A stretch of 64,000 nt of DNA from assembly GCA_963771175.1 (NCBI GenBank), contig CAVYSY010000046.1:32001-96000 (forward strand), in the 5' to 3' direction. A program made the position numbers and the translations under genes. The notes below the pieces were generated by a model. That model searched no databases and was not told where the DNA came from. It saw nothing but the letters and a program-made list of their open reading frames with translations. How positions within the stretch are numbered: position 1 is the first letter of the stretch; each line of letters begins with the position of its first letter. The stretch is from an uncultured delta proteobacterium. Lineage in GTDB: Bacteria > Myxococcota > Myxococcia > Myxococcales > Myxococcaceae. Below, piece after piece: positions 20,026-30,643 of this stretch.

Positions 20026-20840
20026 GGGGCGTCTCCTCGCTCCAGGGCCTCGTGGAGGTGGCCGATCTCCCGGGCGAAGTCGGGCTCGGCGCGCAGGGCG
20101 GGGGAGCGCTCGGAGGGGAGGGCGAGGTGCCGGTCCAACATCACGCGCGCGGGCCTCCGGGAGAGCACCACGACGCGCTCGGCGAGGTAGGCCGCCTCGG
20201 AGAGTGAGTGGGTGACGAAGAGGACGGTCATCCCCAACTCCCGCCACAGCACGCGGAGCTGGTCGTCGAGCCGGTTGCGCGTCAGCTCATCCAGGGCGGC
20301 GAAGGGCTCGTCCAGGAGCAGCAGCCGGGGGCGGGTGACGAGCGCGCGGGCCAGGGAGACGCGCATGCGCATGCCGCCGGAGAGCTCGGCCGGGTAGCGC
20401 GAGGTGGCGTCGCCGAGCCCCACGTGCTCCAGCACGGCCCGCGCGGAGGCGCGGCGCTCCGGCGCGGGCACACCGGCCAGCTCCAGCGGCAGGGCGGCGT
20501 TGTCCAGCACGGAGCGCCAGGGCAGCAGGTGCGCGTCCTGGAAGACGTAGGCGATGGGGGCGCGTGTGTCGCGGGTGCGCTCGAGGGGAGGGGAGAAGGA
20601 GAGGGTGCCGGCGTCGGGCCTGTCCAGCCCGGCCACGAGGCGCAGCAGGGTGGACTTGCCACAGCCGGAGGGACCGACCAGGGCCACGAAGGAGCCGGCG
20701 GCGATGTCCAGGTCCATCCCGTCGAGCACGGGGAGGCCACCCGGGAAGACGCGCCGCAGGCCGGACAGCCGCACGCGGACGCCACCCCTGTCGTCATCGG
20801 GTGCGAGGGGGGCGGAGGGGAGCGGGCCGGGGGGAGCCAT
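20022..20840 (-). CDS. ABC transporter ATP-binding protein, SsuB/TauB-like
   Basis: GPSGCGKST, LSGGMRMR, LLLLDEPFAALD, FVTH. Confidence 0.93.
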   Translation of the reverse strand: MAPPGPLPSAPLAPDDDRGGVRVRLSGLRRVFPGGLPVLDGMDLDIAAGSFVALVGPSGCGKSTLLRLVAGLDRPDAGTLSFSPPLERTRDTRAPIAYVFQDAHLLPWRSVLDNAALPLELAGVPAPERRASARAVLEHVGLGDATSRYPAELSGGMRMRVSLARALVTRPRLLLLDEPFAALDELTRNRLDDQLRVLWRELGMTVLFVTHSLSEAAYLAERVVVLSRRPARVMLDRHLALPSERSPALRAEPDFAREIGHLHEALERGDAP

Positions 20841-21041
20841 GGGGGATACAGGTTTCTATCCGCCCGGCCCTCGAACGGCCAGTGTGGTTACGCGGCTGCA
20901 CGGATGTGAATCCGGCTACACAGCGGCCCCAAGTCCCGCTAGAGGGATGGTGCGTTTCCAACAGTTGGCACGAAGTCCGCAATGCCACATGCGCCCCTCC
21001 TCCTGGGGTGTCTGGCCCCGCCCGTGGGCCACCGAGAGGTG

Positions 21042-22587
21042 ATGATGAGGCTCCTCCTGCTTCTGCTGCTGGCCGCTCCCGCCCTCGCGGCGACGCGCCC
21101 GGCGTATGTCCTGCGCATCGAGGGCTCGGATGCCTTCGTCGATCTCGGCCGCGCGGATGCCACCTCGCCCGGAGAGCGGCTGCGCGTCTACCGCGTCGTC
21201 GAGGCCCGCCACCCCGCCACGGGAAAGGTGATGCGCGACCGTTTCCTCCTCGGAGAGGTGGAGGTGCTGGAGGCGGGCGAGTCCCTCTCCCGCATCGCCG
21301 CCCCCGACGAGCTCCTCGCGCGCATGGAGGTGGGCGACGAGGTGGAGCCGGTGGATGCGCCCGAGTCGCGTGAGCGCCCCACTCCGGCCGCCCCCAAGCA
21401 GGCGCCCTCGGCGTCCGCGCCCTCCGGCGGAGCGACCGATGCCGAGCGGGCCGCCCTGCGCACCGCGTGGAACGCCGCCCTGAAGCTCCCTCCCGCCGAG
21501 CGCGCGAAGGTCTGGGAGGAGTTCCTCGCCGCCTGGCCCCAGTCGGACCTGGCCGGCCCCATCCGTTCCGAGATCGCCCTGCTGCGTCAGGCTCCCGCGG
21601 CGAGCGCTTCCGCGAAGGGGACCGCCCAGCCGACGGCGTCCGTCCTCAAGGTGAGCGCCCCCACCGTCGCGCTCACCGACGAGCCCATCGTCATCTCCGC
21701 TCGCCAACCTCGCCGGTCCCATGCCGCGCGCGGCGATGGTGCACTGGCGCGAGCAGGGCTCGCCCACCTTCCGCACCGTCCACATGGCCGTCGAGCCCAC
21801 CGGTCACTTCCGCGCCTCGCTGCCCGAGGACGCGGCGGTGGAGCCCGCCCTCGAGTACTACGTCGAGGCCGTGGATTCCGAGGGCGCCACGGCCGCCGCG
21901 GCCGGGAGCTCCACCCGCCCGCGGCGCATCGACATCCGCCGGCCCCCGCGCGACGAGCGCGTCGAGCACCTCAAGCGCAGCCGGGTGCGCATCAGCGACG
22001 AGTACGTCGACTTCAACCGCTTCAAGGGCAATGACGTCTACAACCTCTTCGAGGCGGACTTCCTCTACCGCGTCTACACGGCGGTGCACGCGGTGCGCGT
22101 GGGCTTCGGCAACTACCGGGGCACCGGCACGCCGCGCGAGCAGCTCGACACGGACGTCACCGGCGAGGCGGTGACCTATACCTATGGCTTCACCGAGCTG
22201 GAGCTGCGCCTCCACCCGTCGCTCGCGGTGCTGCTGAAGGGGAGCGCGGGTGTCAACCGCAGCGGCCTCTCGGGTGGCTTCGACCTGGGCCTGCGCATCG
22301 GCAGCGAGACGGGCACCTCCCTGCTGATTCGCGGAGCCTCCATCGCGAACATCGGCCAGCGCGCCAGCCTCACGCTCGCCTGGGACGCCGTGAAGGGGTG
22401 GCCCATGAGCGGCGAGGTCGTCGTCACCAACGAGCCCATCGGCGAGGACCTCGGTGTGCGCCTCATCTACACGGTGGGCCGCTCGGTGACGCCCTGGCTC
22501 GATGTGTCCGGCCGCGTGAGCTACCAGCTCCGCGACATCAACCACTCCGGCCTCGGCTTCGGCCTGGGCACCACCTTCCACTGGTAG
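21042..22587 (+). CDS. Exported protein: FlgT-C-like N-terminus, Ig-like domain, C-terminal beta-barrel; +1 frameshift near 21697
   Basis: Signal peptide; AFVDLGRAD..PGERLRVYR...HPATG; frame switches at VIS/LANLAGPMP; ends in aromatic beta-signal LGTTFHW. Confidence 0.65.
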
Positions 22588-22601
22588 CGGGAACGCCTCC
22601 G

Positions 22602-23696
22602 ATGATGACCCTTTCCACCGCCACCTGTCTCCTGCTGCTGCTCACCGCCCAGACGCCGCCGGCCAGTGCCGCGAAGCCTCCCTCCGCGGAGCCCCTCGAG
22701 GTGCGGCACGTGCCGCTCGCGCAGGTGTACGCGGGCACGCCGTTCGTGCTCAAGGCCGAGGTGGCCCCGGCCTGGCGCCTCGGGGCGCTCGTCGCCCACT
22801 ACCGCACCACCGGGGAGACGGCCTTCCACGACGTGGCCTTCGAGCTCAGCTCCGATGGTACCTACGCCGCGGTCCTTCCCGTGTCGCCGGATCAGCGACT
22901 CCCCGTGGAGTACTACCTCACCGCCCGTGACACCGACGGGGTGGAGTCGGCGCGCTTCGCCAGCGCCGGAGCGCCGTACCCGGTGCTCATCGAGGTGGAC
23001 TCGTCCTCGCTGGAGCGCGAGGCCCTGCTGGAGGTGTACGGGCAGCGGCGCTCGCGCGTGGGGGTCTTCTCCGAGTACGTGAACTACGGCTCGCAGACGA
23101 TCAACGGCACGCGCTACTCGGACAGCTACTACCGCCTGGAGGCGGACTTCCTGTACCGCCTCTTCACCCAGGTGGGAGGCCTGCGGATCGACTCCATCCG
23201 CATCGGGGTGGGCCACCTGCGCGCGCACACGCCGCCCTTCGACATGGAGGCCCCGGACGTGGGCTCCCTGCCGGAGCTGCGCCCGGGTCTCGACTACGGT
23301 TTCTCCGAGGTGGACGTGGCCCTCGGCCGGTTCTTCGGCCTTGGCGCGCGCCTGGTGCTCGGAGGTAACGCGAGCGGCTTCGCGGCGGGCTTTGGCGGGC
23401 GGATCCGCATCGGCAGGCCTCATGGCGCGCGCGCGGAGTTCGAGGGCGAGTACACGGGAGGTCTCGGTGGGGCGGGAACGTTCCGGCTCGCCTGGGACAC
23501 GGTGCCCCGCTTCCCCATGAGCGCGGCGGTTCAGGTGACGAACGTCCCCTCGGGCCCCGCTGGCGTCCGGCTGCTCTACCGCGTGGGCTACCAGCTCACC
23601 GACTCCTTCCTCATCGGCGCCCAGGCCGGCTACCAGGCCCGCGCGGCGGTGGGCGGCGGGCCGACGCTGGGGTTCGCCGCGAGCTACGGTTGGTAG
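22602..23696 (+). CDS. Exported Ig-like + beta-barrel protein, paralog of upstream gene
   Basis: Signal peptide; VEYYLTA, SRV...EYVNY, EADFLYR, LAWD...PMS motifs shared with 21042-22587; ends FAASYGW. Confidence 0.65.
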   Translation: MMTLSTATCLLLLLTAQTPPASAAKPPSAEPLEVRHVPLAQVYAGTPFVLKAEVAPAWRLGALVAHYRTTGETAFHDVAFELSSDGTYAAVLPVSPDQRLPVEYYLTARDTDGVESARFASAGAPYPVLIEVDSSSLEREALLEVYGQRRSRVGVFSEYVNYGSQTINGTRYSDSYYRLEADFLYRLFTQVGGLRIDSIRIGVGHLRAHTPPFDMEAPDVGSLPELRPGLDYGFSEVDVALGRFFGLGARLVLGGNASGFAAGFGGRIRIGRPHGARAEFEGEYTGGLGGAGTFRLAWDTVPRFPMSAAVQVTNVPSGPAGVRLLYRVGYQLTDSFLIGAQAGYQARAAVGGGPTLGFAASYGW

Positions 23697-23710
23697 GGGA
23701 GGGTGCGCCG

Positions 23711-24262
23711 ATGATGCTCACCACGCTGACGCTGCTGTTGCTCTCGGCGGATCCGGGCCCGGCCCAGTCCGCTTCCTCGCTGGCGGTAGTGTCCACCTCC
23801 TCGCCCGGGCTCGAGAAGGTGGCCGGCGAGGCGGGCCGGACGCTCGGCACCCGGCTCGAGGCGCCCTATGTGGACCTGGGGGGCTTCCTCAAGTCCCGGG
23901 GCGCCGGGTGCCAGAACGACCTGCGCTGCCTCGTGACCGCTCCCGGGCTCTCCGGTGCCTCGCGCCTGCTGCACCTGCGCTTGCGCCCGCTCTCGGCCGG
24001 ACGGCTCGCCGCCGATCTGCGCCTCATCGAGGTCCGGACCCGGAAGTCCCTCGGCCGGAGCGCCTCGGTGGTGGAGCAGGGGGAGCTCGCCGCGTGGCTG
24101 GAGCGCGCCTCCGGCCAGCTCCTCACGCGGGTCGATCCGTTCGCGCAGCATCCTCCTCCGAGCCCCTTCGCGGTGAAGCCCGCCGAGGAGGTGCCCGCCG
24201 CGCCAATGCCTCGGGCCGAGAACCCCGAGGCTCGGCCGAGTCCCACACCGGAGAAGAAATAG
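23711..24262 (+). CDS. Hypothetical exported protein
   Basis: Signal peptide, CQNDLRC motif, Pro-rich tail; co-directional with upstream pair. Confidence 0.55.
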   Translation: MMLTTLTLLLLSADPGPAQSASSLAVVSTSSPGLEKVAGEAGRTLGTRLEAPYVDLGGFLKSRGAGCQNDLRCLVTAPGLSGASRLLHLRLRPLSAGRLAADLRLIEVRTRKSLGRSASVVEQGELAAWLERASGQLLTRVDPFAQHPPPSPFAVKPAEEVPAAPMPRAENPEARPSPTPEKK

Positions 24263-24380
24263 CCGCCGGCCTCCCGGAGCACTCTTCAGAAACCTGTCCG
24301 ACAGCAGGGTTGAGCGGAAGAGCGATTCCGGGTGTTCGAGCGCGCGGAGCTGCGCTGAGCGTGCGCGGTGGGAGCGGTGC

Positions 24381-25103
24381 TCAGGGCGAGGGCTCGACCG
24401 TGGCGGAACTGGCCAGGTTCCGCAGCACCTGTTCGGAGGCTTCGGGCGATGCGAGGTCCACTCCGTCCAGCCATCGGTCATAGGCCAGGCGGAAGGTGCG
24501 GCTCGCCTCCAGCGCGTCCTCGGTGAGGGACAGCCCCTCCAGCCACACCTCGGCGTTGCCGACGCTGGCGCTCTCCAGGCGGAAGGGCTTCGCGGGTCCT
24601 CCCTCGGCGGGAACTCGCTCGCCCTCCAGCAGCAGCGTCTTCCCCTCCATGCCCACTCCGGCGGGCAGGCCCTCGGCGTCCGCGTCCGCCGGCCCGAAGA
24701 CGAGGTGGGCGCGGCAGTAGCTGCCAGGAGGCGGTTGCAGGGTGCCCAGCAGGCGCGCCTCTCCATCCGGGCGCTCCAGGCCGATCACGTGCGGCGTGCC
24801 CAGCCGCCGGGGGCTGGTGGTGGAGTGCGCCTCGGCCGTTCCGATGGGGGAGAGCTGGCGCAGCCACCGCCACGCGCTGCTCGTCGGACACGGGAAGAGC
24901 TCCACGCTGCTCAAGGTGACGTGGGCTCGGGTCAGGGTGATGCGCTCGCCTCGGTCGTTGGTGAACTGGCGGGTGGAGCCTTCCGCCTGTCCATCCCGGG
25001 CCGGGCGGAGATCGAGCTGGAGGTGGAGTCGGATGCCTTCTTCGCGCGCTCCACACGCGCAGAGGGCCAACAGGAGGAGAACGGGGACGAGGCGATGCGT
25101 CAT
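24381..25103 (-). CDS. Hypothetical lipoprotein, possibly metal-associated
   Basis: Lipobox LCAC; AEAHS, GSYC motifs; start overlaps stop of the upstream barrel gene. Confidence 0.6.
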   Translation of the reverse strand: MTHRLVPVLLLLALCACGAREEGIRLHLQLDLRPARDGQAEGSTRQFTNDRGERITLTRAHVTLSSVELFPCPTSSAWRWLRQLSPIGTAEAHSTTSPRRLGTPHVIGLERPDGEARLLGTLQPPPGSYCRAHLVFGPADADAEGLPAGVGMEGKTLLLEGERVPAEGGPAKPFRLESASVGNAEVWLEGLSLTEDALEASRTFRLAYDRWLDGVDLASPEASEQVLRNLASSATVEPSP

Positions 25104-25993
25104 AGGTCGTAGGCGAGGGCCGCCTGGAGGATGGGGGTCTGGCGGACATTGCCGCGCAGGAGGTTGAGGACGGGCACGCGCACGCCGAGCTCCACCACCA
25201 CGTCGGTGGCTGGGCTGAAGAGCACGTCCGGGGAGAGGTAGGTGATGAAGCCGCTGCCCACCGGGTCGGGCTCGCCCAGCGTGTCGCTCGGGCCCTCCAG
25301 GCGGCTGTCCATGGCGAGGCGCAGGGCCCAGCTCGGGCGCGGCTGATATTGGGCGGCCAGTGTGGTGCGCAGGGCGGCTCCGGCGCGGAAGCCCTCGCGC
25401 CCGCGCGTGGGGAGGTAGCCCGTGGCGCTGGCGAGGAAGGACCAGTCAGCGCGGAAGGCCGTGTAGGCCAGTCCCAGGAAGGGGTCCACGGAGGCGGTGC
25501 CGAGCTGGGCATCGAGCGACAGCGGGCGTCCCTCCGCGTCGCGCTGCGTGGGTGAGGTGGGGAGCCGGGTACCCACGAGGACACCGAGGAGGTGGTTTGG
25601 CGAGAAGTCGCGATCCCGGAAGACGAAGGCCTTGGCGCTCACCTCCATGTCCCCGACTCCCCACGCCGTCTCGCGCGCGAGGCTGACGTCTCGCACCGTC
25701 CGGGCCTGCAGGGGCAGCGTGGCCGACAGGAAGAGCCAGGGCAGGGGGGCGTAGGCCACCGAGAGATCCATGCGCAGCTCGCGCAGGGCGAGGGCATCGA
25801 GCTGTTCCTGGCCCGTCGTCATGCCCCAGGCGCGCACCTGGGTGGCGAACCGCAGGCGCCCGGCGAAGGGCTGTTCGGTACCCATGGAGGTGAGGGTGGG
25901 ATCGCCACAGGCGCAGGTGGCGCAGGCGAGCCCCTCCAGGGGGAGGAGGAGGGTGGCCACGGCCACGGCGACGACGGCGGGGAACTTCCACAT
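25100..25993 (-). CDS. Outer-membrane beta-barrel protein with N-terminal CxxCxC motif
   Basis: Signal peptide then CATCACGD; GVGD, LPT, QLGTASVD pattern of MetA-pathway-type barrels; ends ALAYDL. Confidence 0.65.
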   Translation of the reverse strand: MWKFPAVVAVAVATLLLPLEGLACATCACGDPTLTSMGTEQPFAGRLRFATQVRAWGMTTGQEQLDALALRELRMDLSVAYAPLPWLFLSATLPLQARTVRDVSLARETAWGVGDMEVSAKAFVFRDRDFSPNHLLGVLVGTRLPTSPTQRDAEGRPLSLDAQLGTASVDPFLGLAYTAFRADWSFLASATGYLPTRGREGFRAGAALRTTLAAQYQPRPSWALRLAMDSRLEGPSDTLGEPDPVGSGFITYLSPDVLFSPATDVVVELGVRVPVLNLLRGNVRQTPILQAALAYDL

Positions 25994-26210
25994 GATGGCG
26001 CGCACTGTAGCCGCCAGGGTGCTCCGGCTCCCTGCGGCGAGTTGTCGCGGGAAGCGGGTGCGCGGCATCAGAGCGCCGGGATCCTCCATGACACGGGTGT
26101 CTCGATTTCCAGGTCCCGGCGTGGCGTAAGCCCGCGATCACACGGGGTGTGCATCCGGCACCCAAAATGCTACTGCCTCGGCCGCTGGCCCTTTCCCGAT
26201 GGGAGCCACG

Positions 26211-27887
26211 ATGCCACGCGCATTTTCCTGGATGACATTGACCCTGCTGGTCCTCGGACTCGGAGCCGCGGGTTGCGCCGCCTCCGCAGCGGATGAGTAC
26301 GCGCCCGATATGGGTGGAGGAGGGACCGGCGCCCCCGATCCCGGCGCCGGAGCCCCCGCGATCTGCACGACGGCCGCGGACTGTCCGGCTGGCTACACCT
26401 GCACCCAGTCCGCCTGCATCCCGCCGGAGGTCGAGCAGGACGCCTCGGACGAGCGCCCGCCGCTGGCCAGCAAGAGCTACGTCTACGTGCTCTCCCCGGC
26501 CGCCAACAGCCTCACGCGGATTGATCCGCGCACGCTCTCCCTGGAGGCCATCCCGGTGGGCGCCACGCCGGTGGACATGGCCGTGGTGCCCGGCGAGGAC
26601 GCGGCGGTGACGCTGTCCTCCGTGGAGGCCTCGTTGTCGGTGGTGGACTCCAGCGTACTGCCGTCGCGCGTGCTGCGAGTGCCGCTCGGCCGCCGCTATG
26701 GGCGACTGGCGGTGTCGGCGGATGGGGCGTACGCGCTGGCCTGGCCGGACCCGTCCTCTCCCCCCGGCTCCGGTGCCGAGGGCGTGGTGGCGCTGGTGGA
26801 TCTGCGCGCGGTGCGGCGCGGCGAGCCTCCCGAGAAGACCGTCCTCGAGCGCGCCGCCGGGTTCCGCGTCACGGACGTGATCTTCCGCCTGGAGGGTGGG
26901 GTGGCCACGCGCGCCTACGTCTTCGCCAAGAGCACGGTGACGGTGCTCGACCTCTCCGCCCCGAGCCAGCAGCCGCTGCCGGTGCGCGTCTCGCTGCCCG
27001 AGGCCATGGCGCAGGACGTCACCTCGCGCGAGGTGACGTCCACCCCCGATGGGCAGCGCGTCCTGCTGCGCGCCACCACCGCGGCCCTGCTGGCGACCTT
27101 CGACGGGACGGGCTTCCGTACGGTGTCGCTGCCCGAGGTGGCCACGGACGTGGACCTGCTCCCGGATGGCTCGGGGGCCGTGGCGGCGCTGCGCACCGCG
27201 CAACAGCTCGCACTCCTCGAGCTGCCGGCGGACTTCGAGGACCCCACGGGCATCCAGTTCCTCTCCGTGCCGGGGACCTCGGTGGGCCAGGTGGTGCTCC
27301 CTCCCCAGGCCGGCGGCGCCCGCTTCGCGCTGGTTTACACCTCCGTCCTCAATGATGAGTCGGTGACCCGGGTGGACTTCCCCGCGGGCACCGTCACCCG
27401 CTACCCGCTGGAGAAGCGCGTGGAGCGGGTGGCGCTCTCGGCGGATGGCCGCACGGCGCTCATCGTCCACAAGCCCGAGTCCGCCTCCACCGCGACCGAT
27501 CCCTACGAGCGCGCCGTGGACGCGGACCGGGGCTACTCCGTGCTCGACATTCCCACGGGCTACCTGCAGCTCCGCCGCACGGGGAAGCTCGATCCGGCGC
27601 AGTTCGCCTTCTCGTCGAGCGGGGGTTTCGTCGGGGTGACGTTGCGCGGTGACGCCGAGCGCCGCTATGCCGTGGACGCGGTGGACCTCTCGACGCTCGT
27701 GGCCCGCTCCGTCTCGCTGGCCTCGGCCCCGGCCTTCGCGGGCGGCTTCTCCGGCACCTCCGAGGAGACGCGCCACCGCATCTTCGTGTCCCAGCTCCAC
27801 CCGGCCGGCCGCATCAGCTTCGTCGACCTCGACGACAGCCAGATTCGCACCGTGACCGGCTTCACCCTCAACTCGCGGATCGAGTGA
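26211..27887 (+). CDS. Lipoprotein with Cys-rich module and YncE-like beta-propeller
   Basis: Lipobox AAGC, CTTAADCPAGYTCTQSAC, IPVGATP, repeated (S/T)(A/P)DG blades. Confidence 0.7.
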   Translation: MPRAFSWMTLTLLVLGLGAAGCAASAADEYAPDMGGGGTGAPDPGAGAPAICTTAADCPAGYTCTQSACIPPEVEQDASDERPPLASKSYVYVLSPAANSLTRIDPRTLSLEAIPVGATPVDMAVVPGEDAAVTLSSVEASLSVVDSSVLPSRVLRVPLGRRYGRLAVSADGAYALAWPDPSSPPGSGAEGVVALVDLRAVRRGEPPEKTVLERAAGFRVTDVIFRLEGGVATRAYVFAKSTVTVLDLSAPSQQPLPVRVSLPEAMAQDVTSREVTSTPDGQRVLLRATTAALLATFDGTGFRTVSLPEVATDVDLLPDGSGAVAALRTAQQLALLELPADFEDPTGIQFLSVPGTSVGQVVLPPQAGGARFALVYTSVLNDESVTRVDFPAGTVTRYPLEKRVERVALSADGRTALIVHKPESASTATDPYERAVDADRGYSVLDIPTGYLQLRRTGKLDPAQFAFSSSGGFVGVTLRGDAERRYAVDAVDLSTLVARSVSLASAPAFAGGFSGTSEETRHRIFVSQLHPAGRISFVDLDDSQIRTVTGFTLNSRIE

Positions 27888-27891
27888 AACC

Positions 27892-29391
27892 ATGAGCATC
27901 GTTCGACGGCTGTTGCCCGCGGTGTGGCTGCTCGCGGCCGGATGTGGCGACCGCGGAGACCTCTACAGTCAGGCCCTCAAGCCCCTGCCGCTGCTCACCA
28001 CGGGTGATGCCCTCGTCTCGGTGGTGCCGACGACGCGGCGGGTGGTCCGGGTGCGCAAGGGCGAGGGGCCCCAGTCCATCCCCATCGCGGACGGGGCGCG
28101 CATGGCGGCGCGGCTCCAGGAGGACCTGGTGGCCGTGCTGGCCGGGGATCAGCGTCACCCGTTGTTGCAGCTCGTGTCGGTGGACGGCGGGGAGGTGTGG
28201 ACGCTGGACCTGCCGGGCGCGTACGACACGGTGGCGTTCAGCACCGACAGCCGCTACGGCGTCCTCTCCTACAGCACCGCGAGCCTGGGCCCGGACGTGG
28301 TGGCGCGCAACCTCAACGAGGTGGCGGTGGTGGACGTGGATGCGCGCGCGGTGACGCGGGTGGCGCTGGGCACGGAGAGCCTCGCGCCGCGCTCGGTCGT
28401 CTTCGCCCCGCCGCGCGAGGACCGGCAGTTCGTGGCCATCACCCTGGATCGGGGCGTGGTGGTCTTCGACGCGAAGGACCCGCGGCGTGCGCTGCGGCGC
28501 ATCCCCACCCGCCTGTCGGAGACCCAGCCCGAGATGGCCGTGCAGGAGGCGCTCTTCTCGCCGGGCGGGGACGTGCTCTTCCTGCGGCTCGCCGGCATGG
28601 ATGACGTCTTCGCGGTGGAGCTGGCCAGGGAAGGGGACGAGCTGCTCGCGTCCGTGAACTTCCTCGCCGGAGGCACGGGGCTCAGCGATATCGAGCTCCC
28701 GCCGGCGTCAGTGCCGGGCTCGGAGCGCTCGGTGCTGGCCGTCTTCGCGGGCAGCCAGGAGGCCATGGTGCTCGACGCGCGCGGGCTGCAGGACGTGGCC
28801 CGGCTGCCGCTCGGGGCGCCGCTGACGAGCACCCACGTGCTCGCGGACGGGCGCGCGCTCTTCTACGACGGGAAGCTGCGCACGGTGGTGGCCTGGGATG
28901 TGGTCACCGGCAAGAGCGGGACGGTGCTGCTCACCGCCGGCTTCGACGGGGTCCGCTTCAGCGACGCGCTCGGTGCGGCCGTGTTCCGCCACCCCAGCTC
29001 GGGCACCGGCGGCGCGGCGCTCTCGGTGGTGACGGTGCGCGAGGAGGACACCCGCCTGCGCGTGCGCATCAGCCCCATCCCCGTGTCGCGCACGGTGCAG
29101 GCCGACGTCATGGACCAGTCCCGGGGCCGGTTGTACTTCGCGCCCCAGGGGCAGCCCGTCGTGGCCCGCCTGGACGTGGAGACGCTCGGCATCGAGCAGA
29201 TCACCCTGGATGCCCCCATCATCGCGCTCCACTACCTGCCGGAGCGGGACGTGGTGGTCGCCCAGCACGCCGAGCCGGTCCTGGGAGACGTCACCCTGAT
29301 CGCCGCGGACCCGTTCGAGCGCGGCGCCGCGGAGCGCGTGCGGTACTTCACCCTCGCGGACGAGCTCGACCGCGCCTCGGAGGGCCCCTGA
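27892..29391 (+). CDS. Beta-propeller lipoprotein
   Basis: Lipobox AAGC, FSTDSRY and FSPGGD blades; 4 nt after upstream stop. Confidence 0.65.
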   Translation: MSIVRRLLPAVWLLAAGCGDRGDLYSQALKPLPLLTTGDALVSVVPTTRRVVRVRKGEGPQSIPIADGARMAARLQEDLVAVLAGDQRHPLLQLVSVDGGEVWTLDLPGAYDTVAFSTDSRYGVLSYSTASLGPDVVARNLNEVAVVDVDARAVTRVALGTESLAPRSVVFAPPREDRQFVAITLDRGVVVFDAKDPRRALRRIPTRLSETQPEMAVQEALFSPGGDVLFLRLAGMDDVFAVELAREGDELLASVNFLAGGTGLSDIELPPASVPGSERSVLAVFAGSQEAMVLDARGLQDVARLPLGAPLTSTHVLADGRALFYDGKLRTVVAWDVVTGKSGTVLLTAGFDGVRFSDALGAAVFRHPSSGTGGAALSVVTVREEDTRLRVRISPIPVSRTVQADVMDQSRGRLYFAPQGQPVVARLDVETLGIEQITLDAPIIALHYLPERDVVVAQHAEPVLGDVTLIAADPFERGAAERVRYFTLADELDRASEGP

Positions 29392-29392
29392 C

Positions 29393-30055
29393 ATGAGACT
29401 CCTTCCCATTGCCTGCGTCGTCCTGCTGGCCGCCGTGCTCTCTCCCTCGACGGCCTCGGCCCGCGCGCCGGTGTCCCTGCGCCTGGGCTACGCCGGCCAG
29501 GTCAGCACTCCGCGCGCGTATGATCTGGTGGACGAGGACGATCACCTGCCGCTGTTCCGTCTGGGGGCCGCCTACGCGTTCCTCCTGCCGGGTGGCCGGC
29601 TGGAACTGGAGGGCGGCTTCCTCACCGGAGGCAGCTCCGCGTCACTCCACGGGCTCACCGAGGCGAAGTTGGGGCTGGTGGGCGTGGAGCTCGGGGCCGC
29701 GTACCGCGTGCGGCTCGGCTCCTTCTTCGAGCCCTATGCCCAGGCCCTGGTCGGCTATGACTCGCTGAACCTGCGAATCGGCGCGCTGAACCAGGAGGTC
29801 GGGCAGGTGTCCGCGACGGGGCTGCTGGGCATCTCGCTCCTGTTCCGCACCCATCCGAGCGTCGCGAGCAGCCCCGTCTTCCTCGTGGACCTCGGGGTGG
29901 GGTACGGCTTCCGACCCGAGGCCCGCTTCGACGCGCTCGCGCCGGAGCCTCCGGACGAGGACGCCGAGGAGCCCGTGCCCTCGGTTCCCCTCCGGGTGGG
30001 CGACCTCCCCCTGTCCGGGGTGGCGTACCGCCTCCAGGTCGGCCTGCGCCTCTGA
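29393..30055 (+). CDS. Small outer-membrane beta-barrel protein
   Basis: Signal peptide, alternating amphipathic strands, FEPYAQALVGY, C-terminal YRLQVGLRL. Confidence 0.65.
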   Translation: MRLLPIACVVLLAAVLSPSTASARAPVSLRLGYAGQVSTPRAYDLVDEDDHLPLFRLGAAYAFLLPGGRLELEGGFLTGGSSASLHGLTEAKLGLVGVELGAAYRVRLGSFFEPYAQALVGYDSLNLRIGALNQEVGQVSATGLLGISLLFRTHPSVASSPVFLVDLGVGYGFRPEARFDALAPEPPDEDAEEPVPSVPLRVGDLPLSGVAYRLQVGLRL

Positions 30056-30155
30056 GCCGTGCCTCGGGACGGGGTGTGGGAGTCGTGCTCACCCTCGTCT
30101 CGATTCCTGGGGGGGCTGACGAGTGTGCTAGATATCGCACACCTCGCCGACCCCT

Positions 30156-30632
30156 ATGCTGGAATCCCTCTCTATTCCGAAGCGACGTGTAGCGGCCCAG
30201 TTCGTCCTGCCGGGCGGTTCCTCGCGTGACGTGGCCGTGTTCCTCGCCGAAGCCGCTCCCGGACACTCCGGTGGCGAGCGGCTCTCGGACCTGCTCAACA
30301 ACAGTGGCTCGCAGTTCATCCCCGCGGTCGACGCGGAGACGAACAATATGACGTTCGTCCAGTGCGAGAACCTCGCCCTGGCGCGCGTGGCCGCCGAGCT
30401 CGAGCCCATCGCCGTCGATCAGTTCACCATTCCCACCGAGCACGAGGTGGAGGTGCGGCTGGTGGATGGCCAGAAGCTGCGCGGGCTCATCACCTACGTG
30501 CTGCCCGAGGCGCACTCACGCCTGACGGACTACCTCAACAGCGCGCCTTCGTTCATCCCCCTGCTCGAGGGGGAACGGGTCGCCCTCATCAACAAACGCC
30601 ACGTCGCGTACGTGGAAACCCTTCGCCGCTGA
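30156..30632 (+). CDS. Hypothetical protein with internally duplicated module
   Basis: RLSDLLN...FIP and RLTDYLN...FIP repeats; 11 nt upstream of the PilT paralog. Confidence 0.7.
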   Translation: MLESLSIPKRRVAAQFVLPGGSSRDVAVFLAEAAPGHSGGERLSDLLNNSGSQFIPAVDAETNNMTFVQCENLALARVAAELEPIAVDQFTIPTEHEVEVRLVDGQKLRGLITYVLPEAHSRLTDYLNSAPSFIPLLEGERVALINKRHVAYVETLRR

Positions 30633-30643
30633 GCTGACACACC

